Assembly: GCF_036588685.1 (NCBI RefSeq)
Contig: NC_086374.1
Location: 35,588,001 to 35,652,000, forward strand
Direction of reading: 5' to 3'
DNA length: 64,000 nucleotides
Source of the DNA: Mytilus trossulus
Taxonomy: Eukaryota
Positions 1 to 14,800 of the stretch are shown piece by piece. Position 1 is the stretch's first letter; each line of letters begins with the position of its first letter. A program made the position numbers and the translations under genes. Under the pieces are notes generated by a model. The model worked only from the letters and a program-made list of their open reading frames with translations, ran no database searches and was not told the origin of the DNA.

Positions 1-959
1 AGATTTCCCAAATTGCAAAAGTCGTAGGAATATTGTTTGTCGTCAATACGTATGTATACGTCAGTAGTCTATTAAATAAGTTCAACTGATCACGCTGTTG
101 GCGGCAATTTTGAATGAGAAAACGAAAATTTCGTATCTTTTCAATTTGGACGCAAGGTTTCAAATTAGCGGTGGTCCGAGGTCTGCAACCTTCCAATTTT
201 GCAGTCGGGCTTTCTACTTGGTTACTAGCTACGCCCTACATGCCCGACGGACCTTGAAAGAAAATAAAAAAATATCTTTGCAATCATTTTTACCAAAGTT
301 TCCTAATAAAGATCAATAAACGATCTCAAACTTATTTTTATCATTACCATTCATGAGAGCGATGTTCAATTTGTTCAACCGCTAGCTTAATACAGAAAAT
401 CGCGATTAATAATGTGTAAATCCGACTAAAATCGTATCTCACTCTCTGTCAAAACAACATTGAAAATATAATGGCTGCCGCGAGATTACAATATCGTATC
501 CGATTCCGGAAGCGGATAAGGATAATCCCGGGTTTTGGTTATTTTAAACTAGAAAATCCAGACAGGTGACAAAATACATCTATGCATGGTGAATAAATAT
601 AAACACTAGAATTGAAAACCAAAAGATATATGCTGAGACTACTATAACAAAGTAGTCTCAGATATATATATAAAAGATGAAAAGGCAGAAAATATTTTGT
701 ACATCAATTATAGTGTCAAAATCCAATAGAATGTAACAGTGGTAACAGTTTATCATGGCTAACAGTTTAATTTTTTTTTATCAGTGATAAATGTTGGTAA
801 TGCATGTTAAATGTTTTTCAAGTTAAACATATTACTGCAATTTCAAGGGGTATTTTTTTCTTCTCAGTTTTGATAGGTCAGTTAATAAAATAGCTGGAAT
901 TTCTGAAGAAAAAAAAGAAAGATGTGGTATGATTGCCAATGAGACAACTATCCACAACA

Positions 960-1500
960 GACCGAAATAAAATATAGGGGAAGTCCCTGTGGTCACCCTA
1001 CCCCTCATGTTTAAGAACTTTGAAACAGTTGGGATCCACAACTCTAAATTAAATGAAATATAGGGGGAGTCCTTGCAGTCACCTGATTGAGAAATTGGAA
1101 ACAGTCGAGATCCCCACCTTTAGATTAAACCATATATATTCATGTATGAGAACTAATCAAATGAAATATAGGGAGAGTCCTTAGGGTCACCCTACCCACT
1201 CCTGTTTGATAACTTAAAAACAGATGAGATCCCCACTCCTCAACCATATATATTCATGTATTGGACAATATAACAAATCAAATTAAATAAAGGGGAAGTC
1301 ACTGGGGTCCCCCAACCCCTCCTGTTTGAAAACTTGATAACGGTCGAGATCCCCACCAATAAACCATATATATTCATGTATGGGACAATATAAAAAATAA
1401 AATGAAAATTAGGGGTAGTCCCTAGGGTCACCCCACGCCCTCTTGTGTGTGTTTGAGAACTTGTAAAAGATTGAGATACCAACGCCTAAACCATATTCAT
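960..1500. repeat. Degenerate ~120-bp tandem repeat array
   Basis: Recurring unit aaatataggggaagtcc...ggtcaccc...cctgtttga...gagatcccc...aaccatatatattcatgta, about 4-5 diverged copies. Confidence 0.75.
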
Positions 1501-2349
1501 TCCTGTTTGTCATTTCAAAAAAGATTGAATGACATACAAGGTCAATCTCATAGGCGACACATATGCATATCACTTTGCTAGACCCTAACACCTGTCATTT
1601 TATTACAAACTTAGACATCATGGACTTGGGGTGAAGGTGGGAGTCGTTTACATTTATAAGTCAGACCTCACCATTGATCCCTGTAGTAGTAAACATTTGT
1701 CTGATTTGTGTCTCATAACTTTTGTACTGTACAACACAAACTAGTTTTTGTTTCCAGGGAAGCAAGTCCATTCATACTTTTACAAGCTTGTACTAAAGTC
1801 AACTTGAACTACTAACAGTCAACTAATACGAACAATTACGATCAAGTAGAAGAACTGCAATCATTGCAAATTTGTACCACTGCTGACTCATTAAAGACTC
1901 GTGACCATTCGTGGTCATGTGCGTTGTTATTGAAAACCTTGATAAAATATGAATTATTTGCCTTAATGTTTAATTCATTAAATGAACATAAATGTACAAT
2001 TATATATGAATGTTTAATGTTTGTTCTTTTAAATCTTTAAAAAAAAAAGTTGAAGCAACATTGCCACAGTTTTCATAATTATGTTTGCCTTGTTTTTGGT
2101 TAACTGCCTACAGTGCTTACAGCGCTTTGATTTATGTTTCTCGGTCGTAAAAAGTATTCGTATGTGCATTTGCGTCACAAGAAGATCAGAGGTTTGGATC
2201 AACACTTTTTCAAGATGTTGCATGGTCTGAATAATGCAATAATGTAAAAATAAAGAAAAACTTTATTAAGTTTAGAAGAAAGATTAACAGTCACTAATCA
2301 AACGTACATTGTAATATTTATGACACATTTTTGATAAACACTACCTTTT

Positions 2350-2490
2350 CAATGCTCATCAGTTTCGTACTTTATTTGTACTTTTTTTGGTGTTTTCGAT
2401 TTGAGCGTCACTGACGAGTCTTTTGTAGACGTAAGGTACATCTTGGGTACAATATTTCAATCATTGTGTCTTTGATGAGTTTATTTACCG
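2350..2490 (+). repeat. Retrozyme-like repeat fragment with degenerate hammerhead ribozyme
   Basis: gagcgtcactgacgagtcttttgtagacgtaa at 2403-2434 (GAAA core mutated), followed by tgatgagtttattta. Confidence 0.6.
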
Positions 2491-2839
2491 AAATGTCAGT
2501 GAAAATGTTAAAAGATGAGTGAAATTTAAAATATTTGTTGGTCAGTCACGTTCATCTCTTAATAATATGTTTATGTCTGTATGGAATCATTTCCTTCCGG
2601 AACATTATAGGTAGGTCAATGTGATAAAGTAAAAGCACAACAGCAAAACGATACCAAGTTACAATTATAGAATTTGCGTCAAGGCATACAATAATGACCT
2701 ATGTAATGTATTTATTTTCATAATGAAAAAGAAATACAGTTTGTTAAAATATTTAATTCATTTGATAGTAATTGCGTGTTGTTGGAAATAGGTGATTATA
2801 TGTAAAATGTTCGTATTATTTAGTCTTTAATTATAAACT

Positions 2840-3090
2840 CTTCAAAGATACCAGGAATGAAATTTTATGTTTGCGCTAAACCCGCGTTTCGTCTTCATAA
2901 GACTTGTCAGTGACGCTCGAATCAAGACGTGTAAAAAAAAGCCAAATTAAGTACGAAGTTGAAGAGCATTGTGGACAAAAAATTCCGAAAGGTTTTGCAA
3001 AATACAGCTAAGGTAATCTATTCATTAGGCAGAAAAGTCTTAGATTTCAAAAATTTAAAGTTTTGTTGACAATTAATTCATAATTTTGAA
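2840..3090 (-). repeat. Retrozyme-like repeat fragment with degenerate hammerhead ribozyme
   Basis: Reverse strand reads gagcgtcactgacaagtcttatgaagacgaaacgcgggtttagcg; flank matches the 56082-56471 monomer. Confidence 0.65.
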
Positions 3091-3639
3091 CATATTAAAA
3101 ACATTAGTTATGTTGAAGTATCATTTTTTCTGCAATGATTAAATCAAAAAGAAATCCCCTCTACTCTTTATCAATAATCTTGAGTAAACATGTAACACAC
3201 ACAGAAACGGACCAAGCATCAGACAAAATCCCACAAGAATAAAAAATATAACTGAAATATAACTATATTGTGAAGCCGAATCACACTTTTGTCGTTAAGT
3301 TTTGTTCAAAACCGACCCTAGTTGTCAATTTTTAGTTCAGATAAAATACACGTACCTGTGTCAGTTTTATCCTGTATTTCAAATTTGATGCCATACATGT
3401 ATATGCATTCAAAATAGTCACCAAAATTTGAATTATTTAGTGAGAGGACATCATCTAAATAGCGATAGTGATGTAAACAGATAATGCTAACATCTTTTTA
3501 TTCTTCCTAAAAAGCTCAATAAGAACAAGTCTGCAAGAAGAGAAGCACATTTGATTTCAATGGGACTGCACATTGTAGTTAAAAATTAAGTCCTTCAAAC
3601 AAAACAAAAATATGCTGTCAATCAAAAATTTAGCAGGTT

Positions 3640-4020
3640 GATAACGTTAAATATCTAGGGATTACAGATACTACCGAAAGTAGAAGGTCTACTTCATCTT
3701 TGATCTTATCATAGATATTGAAACAGATCAACGACTTCAAATAGCCCTGACAAATGTGATGACTTTCCAACTATCAACTTTCCTTTTCTTAGAAGTAACA
3801 TATCTTCTGCTCTATAGGTTTGTGTTTATATATTTCAGTTTATACGATACTCTTGGTCATGCGCGCACTATACAGACTTCATCAACAGGTGTGTATTCAT
3901 TACAAATAAACTGAACAAATAGAGTAAGGAGGAAGAAGGACTTAAATCGAAACTACATAAGTTTTACTGTCACCATCATAAATTGGTTCACCTATACGGT
4001 CTCACAACTTACAACAGAGA
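3640..4020 (+). mobile_element. Decayed Penelope-like RT C-terminal fragment
   Basis: Broken reading resembling DDFPTINFPFLRSNI...VYISQFIRYSWSC, the same region as 20371-20670. Confidence 0.55.
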
Positions 4021-7000
4021 GATTTGAAGGCCTCAGATCATTAAATAACACTATAGTCGTGTAATTTGTAATTTTAAAGATGTGTCCTATTCCCAATATG
4101 TGAAAAGTAAAATCACAAAAATTCTAAACGCCGAGGAATTTGCATGGCGAGTGATGAATAAAGCATAGAAAGAGACGCTTACTCTATCGACTTACACAGT
4201 CTCGCTCGTTTTTGAGTTCTCTCGGTTTTTTGTTTGTTACCTTGATTTTTCACTTATCTCATAAATGAGAGATCCCAACTGTCAATCATAATTTCACGTG
4301 GTATAACCACCCAAAAAACTGCCAGTGAACTAAACCATGATTTGAATTTATCAAAATAATGTTAAGTCAAAAATGTAATGCTATTGAAAGAATGATTGAC
4401 AACATAGTCGAGTTCAAGAATCTCCAAAAACATGAAACCTGAATCTTTTATTTCTCAAGATTTGAAATCAGAAAGACGAATCTTCCATAGAGGGAAACAT
4501 CAGATAAGATAAGAGAGACAACTCCTGTCTAACAACTATGAGATTGAAATCATAGGATTTGCTTCTAAAAAATCTACTTTTATGAAATATTTTTAATCAA
4601 TAAATATTGAATACTCACTACACTGTCTATACATTTAAATATATGAATTGTTGATTAGTTTGTAAATGGGATCGTAAACCACGAATTTTAACGATATGAG
4701 AAGTAGGAAAAAAGATCGAAAACGCTTGGTTATTTGTTATATGGAGTTGATCAATCTTAAAAAAATAAATTTTTAAAATTTTAGTTAAAACATATATTTT
4801 TCAATAGAATTATAAGAATAATACAACTGATGAAACTGTATTAGGTAGTATTTTCATACAACGTGTTAATGAAAAAAATGAAATGGAGAGCATACATAAT
4901 ATGTGATATCTATGATAGAAAATATAGCTCACAATGATAACCATGCCAAAACTTTTAGTGATTCTACAGAGATTGTAATTTCTATATTATCATGAATGAT
5001 AGCTTTGTAAAATAGTAAGAACAAGAATAACTATTCGAGTTATTAACACTGTCCACTTCATTGAAAATCATTTGAAAAGTAGTGAAATTACCAAGGTGTT
5101 ATTAACATAAAATGAATACAGGGACAGCTATCCCTTTGAATTAGAAATCAATGAATGAGGTTGTCACATTCGATATGTGCCTTTTTGTGCATCTTTGTGA
5201 AGTATTTGTTTGCTTTTATTGGTATAAAGATACTCTTACTTGTACATTCTATCATTAATGTTTATAATATTCTCGTATTCTTGTCTTTCATTTTGCTAAT
5301 GTACTTTGTCTATATCTCTTTTTGTGTTACTTCGAAAGCTTGTTTATTGCTCGTCTTTCTTTTTTGCTATGTGCTTTGACTATATGCATTTTCATGTGTC
5401 TTCGTTAGATATTTGACGTAGCTCTGTACTTATACATCCCGTCATTGTGTTATTGTATTATGGTAAATTTGTGTATTCTTGTCTTAATTTTTTTTATATT
5501 TGGTCTGAATGCCGTTTTGTGCGTCTTAGTTACATGTTTGTATGTTTTTATTAGTGATTAAGATTATAGCACAATGTTAAATGTGGTATTATTGAAATTT
5601 GTACCAATCATGTCTGTTTGTTCTGTTCACTCATCGTTGTCAACATAATGGAATTTGATGTGACTGTCGTACAAGTGAGAGGTTTAGCTAGCTATAAAAC
5701 CTGATTCAATCCACCATTATCAACATAAGAAAATACCTGTAACTTGACAGTTGTTATTCTTTCATTTGATGTGTTTGAGCTTTTGATTTTTGCCATTTGT
5801 AAGGTACTCTCCGTTTTAAATTGTCCTCAGAGTTTAGTATTTTTGTGATTTTACATTCAAACCTTACAGCCATAAAGATTTTGTGGATTTTTTTTTATAA
5901 TCAATGGCAGAAAGGGAATTGTAAAATCTTGAAAAAAATGCCTGTTATATAGCAAACTATACTTATAAAAAACATGTGATGGCTAAGTTACATATTGCAT
6001 GGATTTTCGCAAAAATTAACGCCTTTCGAGGTATCGATGGGTACCCGTTTCCGTCAAAAAATATTAGCTAGTTTAATTTTTTGGAAGAATTCAAATAAAT
6101 GTCGGCGGTTGACTTTCATAGAAGCAGATGTTATATATGAATTTCATAGTACAAACTGATTAAGTAGCCATAAATGACTTGTCCTGTTCAGAGTAATGTG
6201 TATTTTTTTTTTTATCTCTTTGGATTAAACGTTTCAAAGGTTGATAGGAACAAACTTAAGTCAATATATTTTCAATGGCGGATATTTATGCGAGAAGAAT
6301 ATCTAGAAAAAAAGTAATGTAGCTTTTAATTTTAAAACAGTTGACTTCAGCTCCATTTTTGTCACCTTCCAACGATGTAATGCACCTTCAGTTGAGTGGT
6401 TTAATGCTACGACGTCACGTTAGATATCCTAGGGACTTTATGTTTATTATTCCAGTCAGTAGTTATGAATTATGTCCTATAGAGTATAATGGAGAATAAG
6501 TAGATATGTTGTCCTGATTTCCTTTTTAAACATAGTATTGTATTGAAGGATTGAAAGATATGCTAGCAGGATTACCATGAAAAACGTTCGATTTAATGAA
6601 AAATTTCAGGCTACGCGTTTTACATAAAAACTTATATGAAGACTTTAGTAATGTGTTAAAAAATTTGACATACAAAACAACAAAGAATGCATCGTTAAAG
6701 CACCTAAGAGTTAGCTGTCAACAATTAAGGTTACAGACGCACCCCTCTTAAGCAAGGGTTTAACTAATGAGCAAGAGAAGTCCACGGGATTATCACATTT
6801 TTGTACCCAAGACACCAGTTGAAATCAGTAAAATTCTGACAACAAAGTTTTCACTCCATGATTACTTTTAAAAGTTTATATAGAAAGTTTCTTTCAATGA
6901 ATCTAGGGCTAGTATCATGAATTATTATCTGAGCCCTTAAAACTGTCCAATCGCACTTGCAACACTTGAAAGTACTTTTATCGTCTTGTAACGCTCGCCG

Positions 7001-9534
7001 CTAGTTTTATCCGGCTTCTTGAAGATATAGCGTAGGCTTTATCTAAAGGGTGTGTCACTCTCCAACAAGGTGTTAAACATGTCAAATAAAGGATTTTTTG
7101 TTAAGAAATAATTAAACCTTCTTTTGTTTGGGTTTTGATTGAACTTAACATAAACGTATGATTGCTGGAAGGAGCAATATTTCATTATTTTAAACAAATT
7201 GGCTTTGATTTAGCAGGAGGCTTATGTTGGGAGATTAACACAGAGATATTTTTAGTTTTTTTTTAACATTTTGTCAGCCCTGTCACTTCTACTAGTCTCT
7301 TAACCCGATAGTTGAATATTATTTTCAGAGTTCTTTTTAATCTTATTCTAGTCTTTTTCTATTTTAAATTTCTCTTTGAAAAACATTTCCAACTCCAGAA
7401 ATAATACATGGTGGTTTTGAAGTATACATTCTAGGTACTGAATGATTACCATTCTCATTACATGTTATAGTGTTCTTTTATTTGTCTCTGTAAATTTTAA
7501 ACCATTACTGATTAATAAATTTTGATCATATGTTTTAGGCGTGGGCCGATACTTGCGTTGCGTTGCTCGGATGTGGCCAGTTTTGTTTTGTTTTCTTTCA
7601 TTGTTGTTTATGTGCTTTGTCTATGCCATTTTGTTTTTCTTTGTTGACATATTTGTTTGCTTTATAGTGATTAAGATTATAAGACGATGTTGACTGATGT
7701 CCCCCATTTCACATTTTTACCTTTTATGTGTCCTTTGATTTGTTCACCCCTTGTTGTCAATATAAATTTATTGTAGGCGACTTTCGTAAAATTGAGAGGT
7801 TTAGCTAGCTATAATATCCATTACCGCCGCCGTCAGATATTTGAGGCAAATATCGGCCAGACATCGGCCATCTGACAGAACAATATTTTATAAGCAACCA
7901 ATATGTATATTTTAGAGGGGAAACATGACATCTCCTATAACACAGTTTTTCCTATTAGTTGATCCCGCTTCTCACTTCTATTGCCAGTCATGTTTTCCGA
8001 TGACATGTTCTATATAAACATGATTATTGATAAATTGTTTCTCTTTAAAGACACCGGCTTTATATATGAACAACTAGTATCAATATGGAGAAAATCTTCA
8101 TTATGACGCTTATAATGTCTTTTTATTTTTTTAAGAAAGTTGTTTGAAGAATATCTGCAGTTTATATTTTTTCATTCGGTTACACTTTTTGTGTAAACGT
8201 TTAATAAGTTGCAAAATAGATTAAATAAACGTATGTGAAATTGTCACATATTTGACAGTCTTTTAACTTTTGACTCATACATTATACTAAAATGTACAAA
8301 TGATGGACTTCTCATATTTGTAAGTAAAACACATTTAAGAGTTTGAAATAAACATTTGCGCATGAAAACTCATCTATTTTTTATATATATCTTACAAACA
8401 AGTTTTGAACTTTATTATTGACTTCAGTAACTACTCATCGAGATATGGTGGTTGTGACAGGTAAAATGAAAAGCTGCCAAGTATAGGCATAACAACATCT
8501 AAAGTGGAAGATGGTCACATGATGACGTTAACTGAACTGAAATAGCATCTGGAACTCGGTAAACTACTGTAATTTTCTACAAAATAGAGAGAGTTTTGGC
8601 TAGCTTAACAACCAGTTTTAATCCACCAATTTTTACATAGGTAAATGTATGTTCCAAGTTAGGAATTTGACAGATGTTATCCTTTCTATTGTTGTGATTG
8701 AGCCTTGATTTTTTACCTTTGAATTTATGTTTGGAATTTTCCTCGGAGTTCGGTATTTTTGTTATTTTATTTTGTTTTCTATACTGACAACAACTCGCAT
8801 ACAAAAATCTAAGAAAATGTAGCATCAATGTCTATTTAGGACATTTACCATGTTTTCATGGAGAAAAAAATAGCTGAGGCGAATACATTTAAATTGTATA
8901 TTTAGAAGAAAAAAATCGAGCAAAAACCTGCATCTGCAGGCATTTCTATCATTAATAATGAAATCAGTAGTTCGCTGGTTCTTATGTTCAGCCATTGGCT
9001 GCAATCTTTACTCTCCAAAAACGGAGTTCAACAAGAGTTGGAAACCCTATATGTCATATCAAACCCAAAAGCTGTTGTGAATTTATACACACATCAAATT
9101 CAAATAAGCGCTCCTCAGGGATTGTCTTACAGAATAAAAACATATTTGTTTCAACAATTTAGTATCTAAGCTACTAATTTGTTTTACATAAAATCTTTGC
9201 AATATAACATGTTAGCAGATTTACAAATACATTTCAGCTACCCCTGGGCGTTGGTACTTGTTGTTTCCGTTTATTCTTTCGCAAGAAAGGAATTAATAAA
9301 AGAAATATGACCTGCACTTTTAATAAAGGGTTTACTAATTCAGAGCTTGGCAAACTGGTGAAGCCTTTGTATGAGCACACAGCTTCTTTTGTGCAGAAGT
9401 GTTATTATTCATCTGAAAAATATACAGGTTTAGGTTATATAACTAGACGGACATAACTTGTAAAACAATCATATTACATGCACTAGGCAAACATAGTGGC
9501 TGCATAATAAAATTAGCAACATTGTATTCCCCCA

Positions 9535-9850
9535 TTTATTTATTTACGACCACTGGGTCGATGCAACTGCTGGTGGAGTTTTAATTCCCGAGGGTATCTT
9601 CAGCCCAGTAGTCAACTGTGTTGACTTGCGTTATCATTGATATGTTCATAATTATAAATTAACTGTTAACAAAACATCAAGAAGAGATTACCTTACCTTT
9701 GGAAACTATTTGGAATTTTTGGTCCTCAAAGCTATTCGACTTCGGACTTTATTTGGCCTTTTTAACATTTTTCGATTCACTGATGAGTCTTTTGTAGACG
9801 AAACGCGCTTCTGTGGTAAATATAAAATTTCAATCCTGGTTTCTATTATT
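9535..9850 (+). repeat. Near-full retrozyme-like monomer with type I hammerhead core
   Basis: cactgggtcgatgc... start; ctgatgagtcttttgtagacgaaacgcgc at 9780-9808 (core intact, stem I damaged); colinear with 56082-56471. Confidence 0.7.
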
Positions 9851-11449
9851 TATCATACTAATGGGTCGAGTCGATGATGATCATTCCGGTGCAAATATAA
9901 GTTTGTGTTCAATACTTATGAGAAGTCAACACCTCCCAAAATGAATGCTATTTACATCGATAGTTGATGGGATATCAGTTGACTATGTAATACATGCGAT
10001 GTTGTCTTAGAAGTAAGATGAAAATCAACAGCCCCCCCCCCAAAAAAAAATCCCAACTCAAACTAAAAAGTTCCTTATTTAACTTTAACTTTAGATTTGT
10101 CATGCATTGCTTAGAACATAAAAACCAAAACTCAGTATTAAAACGCGCATCTGTGTGCATATGAAGCATTTGTCACAACACAAGAAGTATATATTCATCA
10201 GAGCAATGCTATAATTTCGACATTTCATGTAAGACAAATGGAGTATGTTTGTGGCATTGAACTAGCTGTCAATGACTACTCAGATCAGTAGTTAGTGTCT
10301 TTTTGTTGTTGAGATATACAAGTACCCTGCCATGTTCACTCTGTGTTTTTGTTAGATATACGGTGTATTTCTAATTGTATCCATCAGATGATTTAAGCCT
10401 TTTTCAACTGATTTTTATGGTTCGTTCGCAAGTTGTACTGTTACACCTCTGTCTCAGGTTAAGGGGATCCCGCTCACATGTAAAACCCGCCACATTCGTT
10501 ATGTATGTGCCTGTCCCAAGTCAGGAGCCTGTAATTTTAGTGGTTGTCGTGTGTTGATATGTTACATATATGTTTTTCGTTCATCTGTTGTACATAAATT
10601 AGGTCGTTAGTTTTCTCGTTTGAATTGTTTTACATTTGTCATTTCGGGGTCTTTAATGGATGGTATTGGCTTTGCTCAAGGCTGTACGGTGACATATAGT
10701 TGCTAATTTTTATATCATTTGGTCTCTTGTGGAGAGTTGTCTCAAAGGCAATCATACCACATCTTCTTTTTTATAAATGCCAATGAGACAACTATCCGAA
10801 GACAAAAGAACAAAAATATCAACAATTATAGGTCACCCTTCGACAATGTGGAAAAACCCTAACATATAGTTTCTCAATTATGAACTTCCAATTTCTATAT
10901 AGGAACATTCCAGCAGCACCTGCCGCTAAGAAGATATCTTTCAATTGATACGATATTCCAGGGTTTGTATTTATTATCACAATTACTTGAAAGAAGGTAG
11001 CAAAGAAACCAAAGTTCTTAGTGGGGAAGTAAAAAACGTCACTTTTAAAATATTTTATCAGAGGGAAAGGGTGCTTAACTTAATATTGGTGTTTTGCACA
11101 ACAACAAATAACAAAAAGACACAAAAGCCCATTCTAGACGTACTCAGACTTACTGACTGAAAGTTAGTTCAAACTCAAATTTCAAGTTATTGATCAACCA
11201 TGTTATCATGACGTATATATGTGAATGATAACATCTTTGACGGATTTAGTGAGCAACGTCAAAGTATAAGTACCGACAAGATGTGGAATTATGAGTCAAC
11301 AATGCATATTTCAAGATATTTATTGAATTGTCAAGAACAAAATCAACGTTACTGAGTAGTTTTATGTAGTCAAAACGTGCGTCTGTTGTACCAAAATATA
11401 AACTTGATATATTTGATAAGTTTTTCACCCATAGGATTGGTACCACTTG

Positions 11450-11834
11450 CTGGTTGGCGTTTTATCCCCAATCGTATCACAAGTTAATTAGTCAGCACTG
11501 GTTGGCGTTTTATCCCCAATCGTATCACAAGTTAATTAGTCAGCACTGGTTGGCGTTTTATCCCCAATCGTATCACAAGTTAATTAGTCAGCACTGGTTG
11601 GCGTTTTATCCCCAATCGTATCACAAGTTAATTAGTCAGCACTGGTTGGCGTTTTATCCCCAATCGTATCACAAGTTAATTAGTCAGCACTGGTTGGCGT
11701 TTTATCCCCAATCGTATCACAAGTTAATTAGTCAGCACTGGTTGGCGTTTTATCCCCAATCGTATCACAAGTTAATTAGTCAGCACTGGTTGGCGTTTTA
11801 TCCCCAATCGTATCACAAGTTAATTAGTCAGCAC
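11450..11834. repeat. Perfect 48-bp tandem repeat, 8 copies
   Basis: Unit ctggttggcgttttatccccaatcgtatcacaagttaattagtcagca repeated head to tail with no spacers. Confidence 0.97.
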
Positions 11835-14800
11835 TTTAGCGCAGATAATAAATGACTCCGAAATGTTCATTTTCTGTAAAATTAACTGTGAAAAATTAAA
11901 AAAAAACTACGAGTTTTTCTTATTGTTTTGGTCTTATTTGGCACAACCTGTTACTTTTTAATGTTTTTCACTTTTGTTTCAAGCGCTATAATGATAAATC
12001 TTTTGTAGACTGGCTTACACATTTACAAAAAAAGAGCAAATTTATTACTAATGTCGACATTGTCATAGAAATTACAAAAATGCTAAATTGATACTGTAAC
12101 TTTAAGAATGAGTTATCTTTCCAAGCGCATGAAGCTGTAAGCACAAAATTAACGTACAAATGAGAATGTAATCTCCCATTTGTTATAAAGTTACTACAGA
12201 CACTGGCAATCTATCCAATTAAATCAAGTGTATCTGAAAGTATACCGGATTTAACAATTTGCCAGTTATAAACAGGTTGCGTTTAGTAAATTAAAATCTA
12301 AAACATCCGATAGTTTCGGCAGATTAATTATAGTATTTGTATGCATGCGAGCTGCTATAAGCATACAGAGGAGGGGGATTGGAATAATTTTGGATAGTGT
12401 GCCATTTTTTAGACGGATTTCCAATGTTACCGAATGACAATGAAGCCATTCCTTCACATATACCATATATGCTAAGTTGGAACATATTGAGTTCTTTTGT
12501 TGTTTTTGTCTATTTATTATTCTCGCACCTAATCATTGAAATACCTTCAGCTTTCTTGCAGGTCTGGTGTCTATAACCATTTCTCCTCAAACGATCTCCG
12601 CTGCACAGGTGTTTGTCCTTACGCAGAATAAATGTTATTTTGCGAACACGTCCATTTCTGTAAACCTTGATCACATTTTTGAATCCTTTATTTTTGTTTT
12701 GTTTTGGGCGAACCGTTTGAAAGTAGATCCAGTAATTCGTTAATATAACTTGACCGTGTCGTTCGAATTTTCGATCTCTCAAACGTCCCCGAGGTAGAAT
12801 ATAATATAAGTTATATGGTTCGCTACTGACCCCATACGGATCCATAGAGGGTAAGTAAAATCCATAGGGGGTGAGGCCGGAGGCTACTTCATCAGGCAAA
12901 GTTGATCCACTATGGTTTTTGGCAATTCATTAAAGCTCCCTTTTGGGAAATAACGCGCCCTAGTGTATTTACACATCCTTTGTTTTTCGGTATTGGTTTT
13001 ATTATTTTAAGCCTTCTTGGTGAAGGTTATTCAGAAAAGGACTTCAAAATCTACATAGTGGTCTTTTTATTTAATATTTGTTATTATGATTTACCCGTAG
13101 CTCTGATTTTGTTATCTATCACGACGGTATGAAAGAGTCAACTACTTTCTTTGAACTGATTTAAAAGATATTTTCTATGTACCTTTTGTTATTCCACTGG
13201 TCAAGACAAGAAGGGGTACGTTGAGATCTAAAACAAACTAGCTTAAACATTCCATCTTTTCATGTACCTGTTACAAGTCCGGTATCTTATCAATGTTTGT
13301 CTCCAGTAATATCTTACCTTGTGTGTTTTCTTTTCATTTGAAGAAGATCTTTGATATTCGCTGATAGATTCATTGATCTTAAGAATAGAAATGACAGCTA
13401 GAGGTCAACACACAATTTTCAACAATCGACCGTGTCGTTCGAATTTTCAATCTCTCAAACGTCCACGAGGTAGGATATATATCACCATAGGCTACCTAAG
13501 ATAGGCCACTAAGACATAAATCTCCAAATAACAAAACACTGGGCTCACACTGGAACAGTTTTAGACGGGAGATATGTCATCCTACTGATATACATCCTAG
13601 GTTGGTCTATCTTTGTATTAACCTTGCTAGTTATCTTACTTAATTAAAGTATACTCTCTTAGTGGTAAAAAATCGACTCGCATCGCAGCTTTAGTAAATT
13701 GTAGTTGTTATGCTCGTTAAATGCGGATTTAGATACATATATATAATTGAGTACTATTTTTTATTATTTAAGTTGTATACTTTTAACGCCTTACAACAAA
13801 TCAAACGAATATTTTAGATAAAATCAGAGTAGTAGAGTGCAACAAATCAAGAAGCAAGAAATATACGGAAACAACTGTCGAGGGTTGAACAGAATCCCCT
13901 CATCAAAATTCTAGCAATGATATTCTTTAGTTAAGAACTTTATTTTTTAGTAATTACTGTTCTCCATGGTTCATGAGAAAATTATAACATCTACATAATT
14001 AAAACCCCCTTTTTAATAATTTCGTTTTTTCTTGACGGACGAAAACATGCATATTAATAAAAAAAATTTATTTATATCTATATTGTTTTAAGTTTCTTTA
14101 ATAAACATCATAAACTTATGTATTCATTCTTACTCAGACTAGAAGTGTCTTTCGTCTAATAGACATTTGGAATTTTGTATCTATACTCCCAACTGCACCT
14201 CTAGATCTTTAAGCGTATTAAATCACATATTCATTTTTATTGAAATTTAAATAACCTGTGGTATTCTGATTTTCTTCATTTTCTTTCAAGCGTGAAGTGT
14301 AAACAAGCCAACACGACATGTGATATTTCGTCTCCACAAAAACTTTATATACTTATATATTTCTATATCTATATCTGTCAATCTTTACCATGACTCACAT
14401 TGATCTGCTTCAACATTTGAGGCTGATCGAGAAACTTGGCTTGAATATGACAATCTTTAGAAATAAAACACAGTTAAATGACCTTTTCAATCGTCAAAAA
14501 TGTTATCATACCAAACCCATACAAGTATCTATGATATATATTTGTACATAAAATAAAGTTTAATAAATAATGGACTTGATATAAATCTTGAGGCCTGAAG
14601 GAGATAAATTCGTGTCATTCTCACGTTTTTTCAATAGCTAAAAGCACCTTGACATGTAAGATTACATATTTACATATTTAGACGTTATCAAATTCAATGA
14701 TATTTTAACAGCCAATTTTCTACTTAATATAATCATTAAGATATGACATGTGAGTGATAATTTTGTCTTTCGCCCACACGCATTCTAATACACAAATTAA

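Noticed and set aside
11454-11855. 133-aa repetitive ORF, or a CRISPR-like array
   Set aside because: It is the translation of a 48-bp tandem repeat; the units are contiguous with no unique spacers, and there are no cas genes
12510-12899. 129-aa ORF on -
   Set aside because: No recognisable motif or ATG start, and part of it is repeated at ~13428-13480, which suggests repeat-derived sequence
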